From a virus (lineage: Duplodnaviria; Caudoviricetes), in the IMG/VR virus record IMGVR_UViG_3300035422_000089, positions 9,670 to 73,669 of that record: a stretch of 64,000 nucleotides of DNA, one strand, 5' to 3'. Position numbers and translations under genes: made by a program. The stretch's first letter is position 1. Each line of letters opens with the position of its first letter. The notes beneath the pieces are model-generated. The model made no database searches, was not told the DNA's origin, and saw only the letters and a program-made list of their open reading frames with translations. Positions 28,885-38,261 of the stretch are shown here, in pieces.

Positions 28885-29364
28885 TTGTTAATACCTGCAA
28901 TTTTAAAGAAGAATGAAATACAAGAAGCATTTAAGAGATATTACTATTCAGATGATATGATGTACGAAACTGGTGGTTTAAATAATTGGTTGCCAAATAT
29001 CCAAGAAGAGACTGAAACAGGAAGATTTCAATTTGCTATTGTAAATTCAGAAGAAAAATTAGTTGGATATCTTGATTATCATATTGATTGGTATAATTCT
29101 TGTGCTTCCAGATTTGGATTGATTTCTTTTGATAGAGGCAACCCAATTGTAGGGATGGATTTATATAGTGAATTGAAGAAACTTATTTATGAGTACAAGC
29201 TACATAGAATCGAATGGAGAATGATAGGTGGTAATCCAATAGAGAAACACTATGATAAGTTTTGTGATAAATTTGGTGGTACCAAGCACGTTTTGAGAGA
29301 TGCTGTTAAAGATAAATATGGCAAATATCATAATGATATTATTTATGAGATTATCAATAATTAG
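28885..29364 (+). CDS. GNAT (RimJ/RimL-like) acetyltransferase-fold protein
   Basis: FQFAIV..VGY, LHRIEWRMIGGNP pattern. Confidence 0.6.
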   Translation: MLIPAILKKNEIQEAFKRYYYSDDMMYETGGLNNWLPNIQEETETGRFQFAIVNSEEKLVGYLDYHIDWYNSCASRFGLISFDRGNPIVGMDLYSELKKLIYEYKLHRIEWRMIGGNPIEKHYDKFCDKFGGTKHVLRDAVKDKYGKYHNDIIYEIINN

Positions 29365-29375
29365 AAGGGAGAAAT

Positions 29376-29693
29376 ATGATGTATATACCCCAAATAGGTG
29401 ATGTAGTAAAGGATAATGGTTATCCTGTTGTAGTAGTAGATTTGAAGAATTATGAAAATAGTGGCGATTGTGCATATGACAGAAAATATTTACTTTGTGA
29501 TTTAAAATATCTTCAAAATAATCAAGGCATCGTAACAATGTCAGATTTAGAACAGCATGGAAGATGGGTTACTATTCATGGAACTAAATTTCCTGTTATT
29601 GAAAAAGTTGATATTGCACCATTTTATATTGAAACTGTTGAATGCCGTATGATACGACAGAAAGTAGCAAAAACAGTCACAGTATATGAATAA
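29376..29693 (+). CDS. Hypothetical protein
   Basis: 105-aa ORF. Confidence 0.7.
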   Translation: MMYIPQIGDVVKDNGYPVVVVDLKNYENSGDCAYDRKYLLCDLKYLQNNQGIVTMSDLEQHGRWVTIHGTKFPVIEKVDIAPFYIETVECRMIRQKVAKTVTVYE

Positions 29694-29980
29694 CCGATGA
29701 ATCCGAAATTTTATTGATTGAAGGAGATGACTATATGAAACCAACAAAAAGTTGTAATTGTATTCGGTGTACAGATTGTCCTAATTATACGGAATGTGTT
29801 GAATATAAAATAGAAACTGAGGTTAAGAAAGGAAAGTTATCTTATGGAGAAATTTTTAAAAAGACTATTTTGCAAGCATGATTATACATACACTTATCTT
29901 CACATGATTAACGGAGGAATGGCTAAGTTATATCATTGTGAATGTAAAAAGTGTGGAAAGGTAAGGTATAAAATTAACTA

Positions 29981-30562
29981 ATGAAAATATTTTTTGATAC
30001 AGAATTTACAGGATTACATAAAGATACAACATTAATCAGCATCGGATTAATTGCAGAAGATAGAAGATGTTTTTACGCAGAGTTGACAGATTATAAAAGA
30101 ACACTGCCAGATGCAGATAATTGGAATTGGATAGAAGAAAATGTAATTGCAAATCTTTATAAATCCAAAAGTGAAAATGACAGAAAATATATTCCTAACT
30201 ATCATATTGGAACTAAGGATGATATTGCATTGGCTCTTGGTAACTGGTTTAAACAATTCGATCAAGTAGAGCTGGTGTCTGATGTATGTCATTATGATAT
30301 GGTTTTACTTATTGATTTATTTGGAACTGCATTCGACTTACCAGATAATGTGAGTGCAAGCTGCTACGATATAAATCAGGATATTGCAAGATATTATAAA
30401 ATTAGTCAGTCAGAAGCATTTGATAAATCAAGAGAAGAAATATTATGGGATAGATGGAAAGATGGTTCAGTTAGTGGTGACAAGCACAATTCTTTGTATG
30501 ATGCAAAAGTAATCAGAGAATTATATCAAATTTTGAATAATGTAGATTTTGATGAGCATTGA
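29981..30562 (+). CDS. DEDD-type 3'-5' exonuclease-like protein
   Basis: FFDTEFTGL, YD, HNSLYDA motifs. Confidence 0.8.
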   Translation: MKIFFDTEFTGLHKDTTLISIGLIAEDRRCFYAELTDYKRTLPDADNWNWIEENVIANLYKSKSENDRKYIPNYHIGTKDDIALALGNWFKQFDQVELVSDVCHYDMVLLIDLFGTAFDLPDNVSASCYDINQDIARYYKISQSEAFDKSREEILWDRWKDGSVSGDKHNSLYDAKVIRELYQILNNVDFDEH

Positions 30563-30597
30563 AAGCGTTCTTTTATTGGAATAAGTAAAGGTGTGTT

Positions 30598-30864
30598 ATG
30601 AAAGCAGAAGAATTTATAAAAATTGTAGAAGATATGGATGAGAGGGGTTCTGAATATTATGGTATATTTCCTCCACCAACAAATGCACAATTTGGTCTTA
30701 ATGTTTTGATTAAACATTTTCTTGGTGGCGATTGGTATTCTATTAGTACAAGTGTTACACAAGGAAACACAGAGGCAATATATGATATTTTGAAAAAATA
30801 TCCAAAAAGAAAGAATATTATAGAAATATTTAAAAATTTATTAGCGGAAAGGATTAGAACATGA
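30598..30864 (+). CDS. Hypothetical protein
   Basis: 88-aa ORF. Confidence 0.65.
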   Translation: MKAEEFIKIVEDMDERGSEYYGIFPPPTNAQFGLNVLIKHFLGGDWYSISTSVTQGNTEAIYDILKKYPKRKNIIEIFKNLLAERIRT

Positions 30865-31040
30865 AAGTAAAGTTTTTGGAGAATGTAAATATTAGTGACA
30901 AAGTAACAATTTTCAAAGGCGAAACTTTTGAAGCAAGAGAAGATGGCGATTTTATTATGATTCGGATGGAGGACGATAGTACAGTAAAGGCACCTAAATC
31001 TGAAATTAAAGGAATCTTAGAAGTTATAGAAGGAGAATAA
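30861..31040 (+). CDS. 59-aa protein, paralog B (not in track)
   Basis: MKVKFLENVNISDKVTIFKGETFEAREDGDFIMIRMEDDSTVKAPKSEIKGILEVIEGE. Confidence 0.75.
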   Translation: MKVKFLENVNISDKVTIFKGETFEAREDGDFIMIRMEDDSTVKAPKSEIKGILEVIEGE

Positions 31041-31044
31041 GTAT

Positions 31045-31281
31045 ATGGGGTGTGTAAGTACAATTACCTATGATAAATTTCCGAAGCAGAAAGATGAGAA
31101 CTATAAATTTCCTGAATTAGCTGTAGGAAGTAGGGTTGCAGTTTGTTATCACTATGATACCAGTAAGAAACATTTAGGAACAGTTGTCAGGGATGATTTA
31201 GAAGAACCTTACGAAACTATCCTTAAACTGGACAACGGCAGGTATTTACGAGGAACTGAATGTCAGTTTTCTTATATCTAA
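31045..31281 (+). CDS. Hypothetical phage protein
   Basis: 78-aa ORF. Confidence 0.7.
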   Translation: MGCVSTITYDKFPKQKDENYKFPELAVGSRVAVCYHYDTSKKHLGTVVRDDLEEPYETILKLDNGRYLRGTECQFSYI

Positions 31282-31291
31282 GATACATATA

Positions 31292-31333
31292 CAATATATA
31301 GATGTTTAAATGAATGGCAACCACTATATATTG
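31292..31333. promoter_or_regulatory. Tandem NrdR-box-like pair / inverted repeat
   Basis: CAATATATAG (31292) and CTATATATTG (31324), 32 bp apart. Confidence 0.55.
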
Positions 31334-31363
31334 ACATAAAAATCGGTTAAAATTCTTATTTTA

Positions 31364-31840
31364 TTGGGTGGGTTTGAGGAGGTGGACAATATACAAGTAA
31401 ATTATGATGGAACTGTTTTTCATGCAAAAATAGAATTTCCAGAAACAGAGTTCCATATGCAAACAGATAACATTAATGATTTTAAGAAAGAATTTCTTTC
31501 TGAAATGTCAAAAACATTTGATGATGCAGTACATGAGCCAGAGCCAAGTAGATATTCGACACACAAAAATTTGGAAGAAGGCAATAAAAAGACATATGAA
31601 ATAGACAGTATAAAACATAAATATTATGATTTAGAAACTGTTACTGTGAATGAAAATCTAAAATATATATCATATAACAAAAATAGTATGGAACGTACAA
31701 GATATAAAAAATATCATCATGTAGAATTAGTGAATGTAAATGGTGTTGGGAATGGTCAAATACATTTCATTACAAATAATGGGTCATATTTAATGTTACC
31801 TTGGTGCTATATTATTTCAATGGTTCCATGCGAGGAGTGA
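31364..31840 (+). CDS. Hypothetical protein
   Basis: 158-aa ORF. Confidence 0.65.
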   Translation: MGGFEEVDNIQVNYDGTVFHAKIEFPETEFHMQTDNINDFKKEFLSEMSKTFDDAVHEPEPSRYSTHKNLEEGNKKTYEIDSIKHKYYDLETVTVNENLKYISYNKNSMERTRYKKYHHVELVNVNGVGNGQIHFITNNGSYLMLPWCYIISMVPCEE

Positions 31841-31851
31841 GGTGATAGCGT

Positions 31852-32034
31852 ATAGAATTTGAAACAAGCAAAAGAATAGATAAATGGGTAGAGAAGCATA
31901 GAAAGCAAGGTTGTGTATCTCATGCAACAGCAGGTGAACAGTTTGTATATGAATTTTTACCAAGTGGCATTGTAGAGTGTCAAACAGTCAAATGTATGTG
32001 TTGCAATGAAGAATTTACTGATTATGTAGATTGA
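31852..32034 (+). CDS. 60-aa protein, probable ATA start (not in track)
   Basis: GAGGTG SD 7 nt before ATA; (M)EFETSKRIDKWVEKH...KCMCCNEEFTDYVD. Confidence 0.55.
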   Translation: MEFETSKRIDKWVEKHRKQGCVSHATAGEQFVYEFLPSGIVECQTVKCMCCNEEFTDYVD

Positions 32035-32053
32035 TGAAAAGGAGAATGATTAA

Positions 32054-32389
32054 ATGAACGAAAAGAATGGAATTTCAGAAGGAGTAAAAGAAATAAATCC
32101 AATTGATGAATATTTGGAGAGATATAAGGAACAAAGACTTGCAGAATTTTGTGTCCAAAAAGATAAAGAAATTCAGGAATATAAGGAAGAAAGACTGAAA
32201 CTTATTGAACAGATTGCAGTTATGAGGCATAAGGTTGAAGAATATGATGATACTTGGAATAATGTAAAGAAACTATATGAACATATCAAAAGTCTTTCTG
32301 TAGATGATTATTTAAAAATATATCATATGATTTCAAAAGATGTATCTGGGAATCATAATTATGTATCAACAATTACACTTAATAGATAG
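32054..32389 (+). CDS. Coiled-coil hypothetical protein
   Basis: 111-aa ORF. Confidence 0.7.
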   Translation: MNEKNGISEGVKEINPIDEYLERYKEQRLAEFCVQKDKEIQEYKEERLKLIEQIAVMRHKVEEYDDTWNNVKKLYEHIKSLSVDDYLKIYHMISKDVSGNHNYVSTITLNR

Positions 32390-32515
32390 GAGAAAATATA
32401 CATATGGGACTTACATGTAAACCATTAGGCAAAATGAGAAGTGTCACAAGAAAGTTAGAGAATCATTTAGCTGAAGAAGCGAAGTTACAGAAAGAGAAAA
32501 AGGAAAGTAAGAAAG

Positions 32516-32725
32516 ATAAGACAAGCAGATAGATTAGATACATTTTATGATGAATTAAAGAGAATACACAAACAATATTTTTGTGATTGGCGTTTTGGTC
32601 AGCTGTGTAGCAATTTCTTCGGCTGGCTCATGTCAGAGAAGAAAGTAGATTTATTCTTTCCAGAAGAAGATAAGATGATAGAGTATATCCGAGAATATGC
32701 CGAGAGTTCTGGCAGTAACAAGTAA
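32516..32725 (+). CDS. 69-aa protein, probable ATA start (not in track)
   Basis: (M)RQADRLDTFYDELKRIHKQYFCDWRFGQL...; no ATG/GTG/TTG in the 5' part of the frame. Confidence 0.55.
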   Translation: MRQADRLDTFYDELKRIHKQYFCDWRFGQLCSNFFGWLMSEKKVDLFFPEEDKMIEYIREYAESSGSNK

Positions 32726-32732
32726 ACAATTC

Positions 32733-32900
32733 GCACGGTTATCCGTAGAAAATTCCAATATTAACAACTGAACAGTTATATCCATTTTGGGTGGGAAAAG
32801 CATACCCTTGGCTTAAATTACGCAAAAATAAGCCATAAATCACTGATGACATAGATTTTATATAGATTTAATCTCTATGTTCCAGTCTGAGAAGGCTGTT
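32733..32900 (+). ncRNA. Candidate structured leader/ncRNA upstream of SSB
   Basis: Successive hairpins ACGG/CCGT, GGGTG/TACCC, GGCTTA/TAAGCC, ACATAGA/TCTATGT in about 230 nt of non-coding DNA. Confidence 0.4.
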
Positions 32901-32958
32901 GATGTTATATATGATGTGAAAATATTTTAATAATTTTATTTTACAGGAGGACATTTAT

Positions 32959-33918
32959 TTGAAAGAACTAACAAACAGAGTAACGGTAACAGGCAAACTA
33001 GTCAAGAATGCAATTGAGGAATTTCAGACCAAAAAAGGCGAAGATGCCATTGGTGGAAGTCTTGTGTTGCGAACTGCTGATAATAGTGAGCATGAAATCA
33101 GATTTTTTGCTTACAAGTTTAAAAAGGATGAAAACAAGAATTTCACAACAGAAGAGAGTTATTTCTATCAGAAGTATATGGACGCAAAAGATAATCTGAA
33201 GGATATTGAACATTGCTCTGAAGGTGAAAATCCAGATATTATCTCTATTACAGATGGTATGTTTACAGATAATGATTTTAAGGGAAATGATGGTAGCGTA
33301 GTTTCTACGAATACTATTTCTGCAAGATTCATTAATAAGGTAGAACCAAAAGATTATGATTCCACTGTATTAGAGGCAAAGTTTGAAGTAGAAGGAATTA
33401 TTGAAAAAATTGAAGATGAAGTCGTTAAAAATGTTCCTAGTGGAAATCTTGTAGTAGTTATGGATGCTATTGGACAGACCGCTGATGGATTTGGTAAAGA
33501 CGCAGTTTATACGGCAGATAAGTTTATTCCTGTAAAGATGGTAGTTGATAAGTCTATGGCTACTGCATTTAGACAGGCTGGATATTATGAAGGTGCTTTT
33601 ACAAAGTTGGTTGGTACTGTGATCAATTCTGTTGAAATTACTAAGCAGGTAGAAAAAGCCGCATTCGGTACAGATATTGAAAAAGAAGTTAGAAGTTACA
33701 TTCGTAAGAATGAAATTAAGTCTGGAACAGCAGTCAGTACAATTTTTGAACATGAACTTACTCAGGAAATTGTAGATGCGCTGAAGGCAAAGAGGAAAGC
33801 GAAGTTGGCAGAAATTAAGAGTGGAAGTACAAATGGAACTGAAACAGCGGCAGGATTTGAAAAGAATACGAGTACACCAGCTCCACAGACTACATACAAT
33901 CCATTTGCACAGAACTAA
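32959..33918 (+). CDS. Phage single-stranded DNA-binding protein-like
   Basis: OB-like NRVTVTGKL start, tail ending YNPFAQN, position at head of replication block. Confidence 0.65.
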   Translation: MKELTNRVTVTGKLVKNAIEEFQTKKGEDAIGGSLVLRTADNSEHEIRFFAYKFKKDENKNFTTEESYFYQKYMDAKDNLKDIEHCSEGENPDIISITDGMFTDNDFKGNDGSVVSTNTISARFINKVEPKDYDSTVLEAKFEVEGIIEKIEDEVVKNVPSGNLVVVMDAIGQTADGFGKDAVYTADKFIPVKMVVDKSMATAFRQAGYYEGAFTKLVGTVINSVEITKQVEKAAFGTDIEKEVRSYIRKNEIKSGTAVSTIFEHELTQEIVDALKAKRKAKLAEIKSGSTNGTETAAGFEKNTSTPAPQTTYNPFAQN

Positions 33919-33937
33919 TAACAAATAATAAATAAAG

Positions 33938-33961
33938 CCTATCTGAGATTTCTCAGATAGG
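33938..33961. terminator. Perfect hairpin after SSB
   Basis: CCTATCTGAGA-tt-TCTCAGATAGG; U-tract only on the minus strand. Confidence 0.5.
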
Positions 33962-34002
33962 TAAATCACCAAATTAATTATAAAGGAGATAATACATAAT
34001 TT

Positions 34003-34992
34003 ATGATTGGAAATTTATTAGATTTAGCACCTAACAAGGTATCTGTAGATTTAACCCAGTATTCAACTGTTTTGATGGGAGATACAGGTGTCGGTAAAAC
34101 AACCACGCTTATGAAATTTTTGAAAGAATTAGTTCCTAACAAAGAACCTTTTTTCTTGGAGTTCGAAGATAGATTTCAGAACATCCCCGGTATTATGGCG
34201 GTTAAGATTGATACAATGTCAGATTTTAAGTCAGTTATTGGACAGCTGAGAAATCCTGCATTGAAAGAAAAGTTTTCCTGTATTGTAATTGATACATTAG
34301 ATAAGTATGAGGAATTTTGTGAGAGATATGTATTGGAGAATAGGGATGCTGAAATTCTTAAAGATGTTGGTGGTTATGGCGAGGGTTCATTACGTTTTAA
34401 AAGTGCTTTAAGAAATATTGGTGTAATTCAAAGTCTTGGATATACAGTTCATTTTATTGCTCAATCGAGCCATTCTAAAGACTTTGACACAAAGAAAGAG
34501 AGCGATTCTTTGAAGTTAAATAAGAATACATTTTCTTATTGTAGAGAAGCTGCGTTCTTGGTTGGTTATATGTATGCAGATGGAAAAGGCGAGAGATTTA
34601 TTACATTCAAAAAATCTGATAAGTATCCTGATCTAAAAGACACATTTGGTTTACCAGATAAAGTAAATGTAAAAGATTTGAAATCTGTATGGACAAAGGC
34701 TGTTGAAGATTTAGGAGGAGATTTTACAACAAAGGAAAAAACAATTGATAAAACTGCTCCAGTTGAAGATTTTGAAGCTATTAAATCAAAAGGTATTGAG
34801 TTGGGTGGTTTGCTGGCATCTAATGGACATTTAGCAGAGGCTACAGCAGTATTGCAGAAGAATCTTGGTCTTGATGAAAATGGAAATGTAAAGATGTTTG
34901 ATACTTTGAGAGATACACAGCTTGACTTAACCAAAGTAATTGTAATGGAACTTGAAGAACTCATCAATAAGTTCAATATTAAAACAAATTAA
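34003..34992 (+). CDS. AAA-family ATPase (Sak4-like recombination protein)
   Basis: GDTGVGKTT, IVIDTLD. Confidence 0.75.
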   Translation: MIGNLLDLAPNKVSVDLTQYSTVLMGDTGVGKTTTLMKFLKELVPNKEPFFLEFEDRFQNIPGIMAVKIDTMSDFKSVIGQLRNPALKEKFSCIVIDTLDKYEEFCERYVLENRDAEILKDVGGYGEGSLRFKSALRNIGVIQSLGYTVHFIAQSSHSKDFDTKKESDSLKLNKNTFSYCREAAFLVGYMYADGKGERFITFKKSDKYPDLKDTFGLPDKVNVKDLKSVWTKAVEDLGGDFTTKEKTIDKTAPVEDFEAIKSKGIELGGLLASNGHLAEATAVLQKNLGLDENGNVKMFDTLRDTQLDLTKVIVMELEELINKFNIKTN

Positions 34993-35030
34993 GGTTGTGG
35001 GGAGGTTCGTCCTCCCTTTACGTGAAGTAG

Positions 35031-35534
35031 GTGCATATGGCAAGATTATCAACTTGTAAAAATTGTGGTAAAAAATTACAACCAGAAGAAAAATGTACTC
35101 ATGCCTCTAAAACATATTGTGAAGAATGTTATCAAAAGATTTTACGAGAAAGTGATGAGTACAAACAGTTAATAGAATTTATATGTGTAAATTATGAAAT
35201 TGAAAGACCTACAGGATTTATGTTTAAACAGATAAAAGATATGAAAACAGATTTTGGCTGGTCTTATGCTGCTATGACTTATACATTATGGTACTGTAAA
35301 GAAATATTAGGGAAACAGTTAAATGAAAAATATGGAGTTGCATTGGTAAAACATTTTTATGAAGAAGCAAGCGATTATTACATGCAACAGGAACAGATCA
35401 GAAATCAAATGGAGAAACTAAAAGATGTAGAAATAAAAACTAAGATTGTTAAGCAAAATAACAAAAGTCACATAAATCAGAGTTCATCACTTGTTAATTT
35501 AAAAAATCTATTGGAAGGTGGTGACGCACATTAA
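35031..35534 (+). CDS. Zinc-finger replication-associated protein
   Basis: CKNC...CEEC; precedes helicase. Confidence 0.65.
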   Translation: MHMARLSTCKNCGKKLQPEEKCTHASKTYCEECYQKILRESDEYKQLIEFICVNYEIERPTGFMFKQIKDMKTDFGWSYAAMTYTLWYCKEILGKQLNEKYGVALVKHFYEEASDYYMQQEQIRNQMEKLKDVEIKTKIVKQNNKSHINQSSSLVNLKNLLEGGDAH

Positions 35535-37155
35535 TTTTAGTCAGCAGGTAGATAAAAAAGCAATATTCTTATTGTTTGGATGCTATTGCATTAATCCACG
35601 ATTTATATTGGATGAAAAATATGTGACTAATGCAAATGATTATCCAGAAAATTTTCATAAGATGATATGGGGTGCATTAGTAAACATTGCTAAAAAAGGA
35701 AATGTTGAAAAGGTTTCTTCCCTTGATATAGAAAATGAGATAGCACAAATAACAACAGCAACTTCTTTGTGGAAAAACAATAATGGCTGGGATTATATAG
35801 AGGAAGCAATCTCTATGGCTTCCGACAAACTGATGAATATTGGCAAATATCATGACGATGTACGAAAGTATTCTATTATAAGAAATGCATCTGAAGAGCT
35901 TAAAATGGATATTACATTTATTTATGATGAATCAGATGAAAGTAAAATTGAAAAGTTTAACGAATTGACAAGTTCTGATGTATTAAATGCATTCACAAAT
36001 AGATTTTTAGATTTTAAATCTATGTGGAAAAATGTGTTTGGAGATAATTATGCATTTAAAGTCGGAGATGGGATAAAAGACAGATTAAAAGAGCATAAAG
36101 AACAAGAAAATACATATGGTTATCCTTTCCAATCAGGATATCTTACCACTGTATATAGAGGAATGAGACGTAAAAAGTTTATTATAAGAAGTTCTATAAG
36201 CGGTGGGGGTAAATCAAGGAGTTCGCTTGCTGATGGATGTAATATGGTATCTGATAGAATCTATGATTGGAATAAGCATAAATGGATTTCTACTGGTGAG
36301 GCACAAAAAGTTTTGTTTATATCTACGGAATTAGAGAAAGAAGAAATTCAGGATATTATTCTTGCTCATGTCAGTGGTATAGATCAGGAAAGAATTGAAA
36401 CGTGGGATAACATAACCAAAGAAGAGGAACACATTTTAGATGAATCGGCAGGATATATTGAAGGATATGAATATTACATTGAGTATATGCCAGATTTCAC
36501 GATAGATTTAATAACGGAAACCATTGAAAGATACATTATTAATTATGGTATTTGTGCTTGTTTCTTTGATTATATCAATGATTCTCCATCTTTGTATGAG
36601 TATTATTACAATAAAACACACACTAGGTTAGCAACCCATCAGATTCTCTTTTTGTTCAGTGCTTCATTAAAATCCATAGCAAACAAATTTAATATATATC
36701 TTGGTTCTGCAACGCAGCTTAATGATACCTATAAAGATGAAAATAATAAGGACGCTGGAGCCTTAAAGGGATCAAAAGCAATTATAGAAAAAGCGGACGG
36801 AGGTATTCTTGCATTACCTGTCACACAAAAAGACCTTAAAAAGTTAAAGCCAATATTAGAATCAGAAGGAAAATTTGGAACTTTGATTCCCAATATGGCA
36901 TATTACATCTTTAAAAATCGTGGTGGTAAATGGAAGGTAATTGTAATATGGACAAAATTAAATCTTGGAACCATGAGAGAAAGTGATTGCTTTGTTACAG
37001 ATTATAGTTATCAATTGATTCCAGATATTGAGAAGACAATTATTAATTTTTCTTTTGAAGATGTTGGTGAAGTACATATGATTGAAGGTGACGAAGAAAT
37101 ATCTGGATCTGAATTAGCAATGGAATTATCAAAATCATCAAAGACTACAGTATAG
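35518..37155 (+). CDS. DnaB-like replicative helicase
   Basis: SISGGGKS Walker A, FISTELE, FFDYI, TQLN. Confidence 0.85.
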   Translation: MVTHINFSQQVDKKAIFLLFGCYCINPRFILDEKYVTNANDYPENFHKMIWGALVNIAKKGNVEKVSSLDIENEIAQITTATSLWKNNNGWDYIEEAISMASDKLMNIGKYHDDVRKYSIIRNASEELKMDITFIYDESDESKIEKFNELTSSDVLNAFTNRFLDFKSMWKNVFGDNYAFKVGDGIKDRLKEHKEQENTYGYPFQSGYLTTVYRGMRRKKFIIRSSISGGGKSRSSLADGCNMVSDRIYDWNKHKWISTGEAQKVLFISTELEKEEIQDIILAHVSGIDQERIETWDNITKEEEHILDESAGYIEGYEYYIEYMPDFTIDLITETIERYIINYGICACFFDYINDSPSLYEYYYNKTHTRLATHQILFLFSASLKSIANKFNIYLGSATQLNDTYKDENNKDAGALKGSKAIIEKADGGILALPVTQKDLKKLKPILESEGKFGTLIPNMAYYIFKNRGGKWKVIVIWTKLNLGTMRESDCFVTDYSYQLIPDIEKTIINFSFEDVGEVHMIEGDEEISGSELAMELSKSSKTTV

Positions 37156-37167
37156 GGAGGTATCTAT

Positions 37168-38247
37168 ATGACCGCCCAGGAATTAAAGGAGAAGTTATCA
37201 GAAGATGATATTAGGAAGTTGCTTGCTGAAATGGGAGCAACTTTCTATTACGAGGATGACGATATGTGGATTACAGATACCATATGTCATCATGGAACAA
37301 AACCTAAATTGTATTATTACAAAGACTCGGAGAGTTTTCATTGCTATACAGAATGTGGGCAGATGGATATTATCGGAGTTGTCATGGGATACAAAGGTTA
37401 TGAACAAGAAGAATTTCAAAAAGCAATTAACTGGATATGTATAAAGTTAAATATTGATAATTGTGAATATGGATTTGGAAAGCAGGAACAAATTTCAGAT
37501 TGGGAATTTATTAGAAAATACAGACGCACAGCCAAAAAGGAAATAGAGACAAAACCCTTAATTCCATATGATAAAAGCATTTTACGAATATTTCAAAAAC
37601 TGTACACTCAGGATTGGATTAAAGAGGGTATCTCAATTGAAACCATGGAGAAGTACAATATCATGTATTCTACATGGCAGCAAAAAATCATAATTCCACA
37701 TTTTGATATAAACAATCAATTAATAGGGGTAAGAGGACGTTCTTTAGTGGATGAAGATATAGATTTATTTGGGAAATATACCCCTTTTAAAGTTGGAAGA
37801 AGATTTTATAATCATTCTCTTGGTCAGAATTTATTTGGATTAAATCACAATATGAAAACTATTCAAACAAAAAGAAAAATTATGTTGGTAGAAGCTGAAA
37901 AATCAGTATTCCAAACTGACACAATGTTTGGAGAAGACAATTTTACGGTTGCTCTATGTGGAAGCAATCTTACTGATTATCAACGTGGATTGATTTTAAT
38001 GCTTGGTGTGAGAGAAGTGATAATTGCATTAGATAAGCAATATCAAACATTAGATTCTGAGGAATGTAAAAAGTGGGCTAAACACATAAAAGATAAAATT
38101 ATTGATAAATTATCTGCATATGTAGTTGTCACAGTTTTATGGGATTCAAATGATTTGCTTGATTATAAAGATTCACCGACTGACAAAGGGAAAGAAACAT
38201 TATTGAGATTGATGGATCAGAAAATATACGTTGGAACAAACAATTAG
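37168..38247 (+). CDS. DNA primase (Zn finger + TOPRIM)
   Basis: CHH...CYTEC; VEAEKS; IALDK. Confidence 0.85.
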   Translation: MTAQELKEKLSEDDIRKLLAEMGATFYYEDDDMWITDTICHHGTKPKLYYYKDSESFHCYTECGQMDIIGVVMGYKGYEQEEFQKAINWICIKLNIDNCEYGFGKQEQISDWEFIRKYRRTAKKEIETKPLIPYDKSILRIFQKLYTQDWIKEGISIETMEKYNIMYSTWQQKIIIPHFDINNQLIGVRGRSLVDEDIDLFGKYTPFKVGRRFYNHSLGQNLFGLNHNMKTIQTKRKIMLVEAEKSVFQTDTMFGEDNFTVALCGSNLTDYQRGLILMLGVREVIIALDKQYQTLDSEECKKWAKHIKDKIIDKLSAYVVVTVLWDSNDLLDYKDSPTDKGKETLLRLMDQKIYVGTNN

Positions 38248-38261
38248 GAAGGAGAGATTTA

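Noticed and set aside
29982-29997. TGAAA-ATATTT-TTTGA as a junction palindrome
   Set aside because: It lies inside the start of a coding sequence and has a mismatch; likely chance
32843-32895. Hammerhead ribozyme (CTGATGA followed by a stem)
   Set aside because: No GAAA core after stem II and no closing stems
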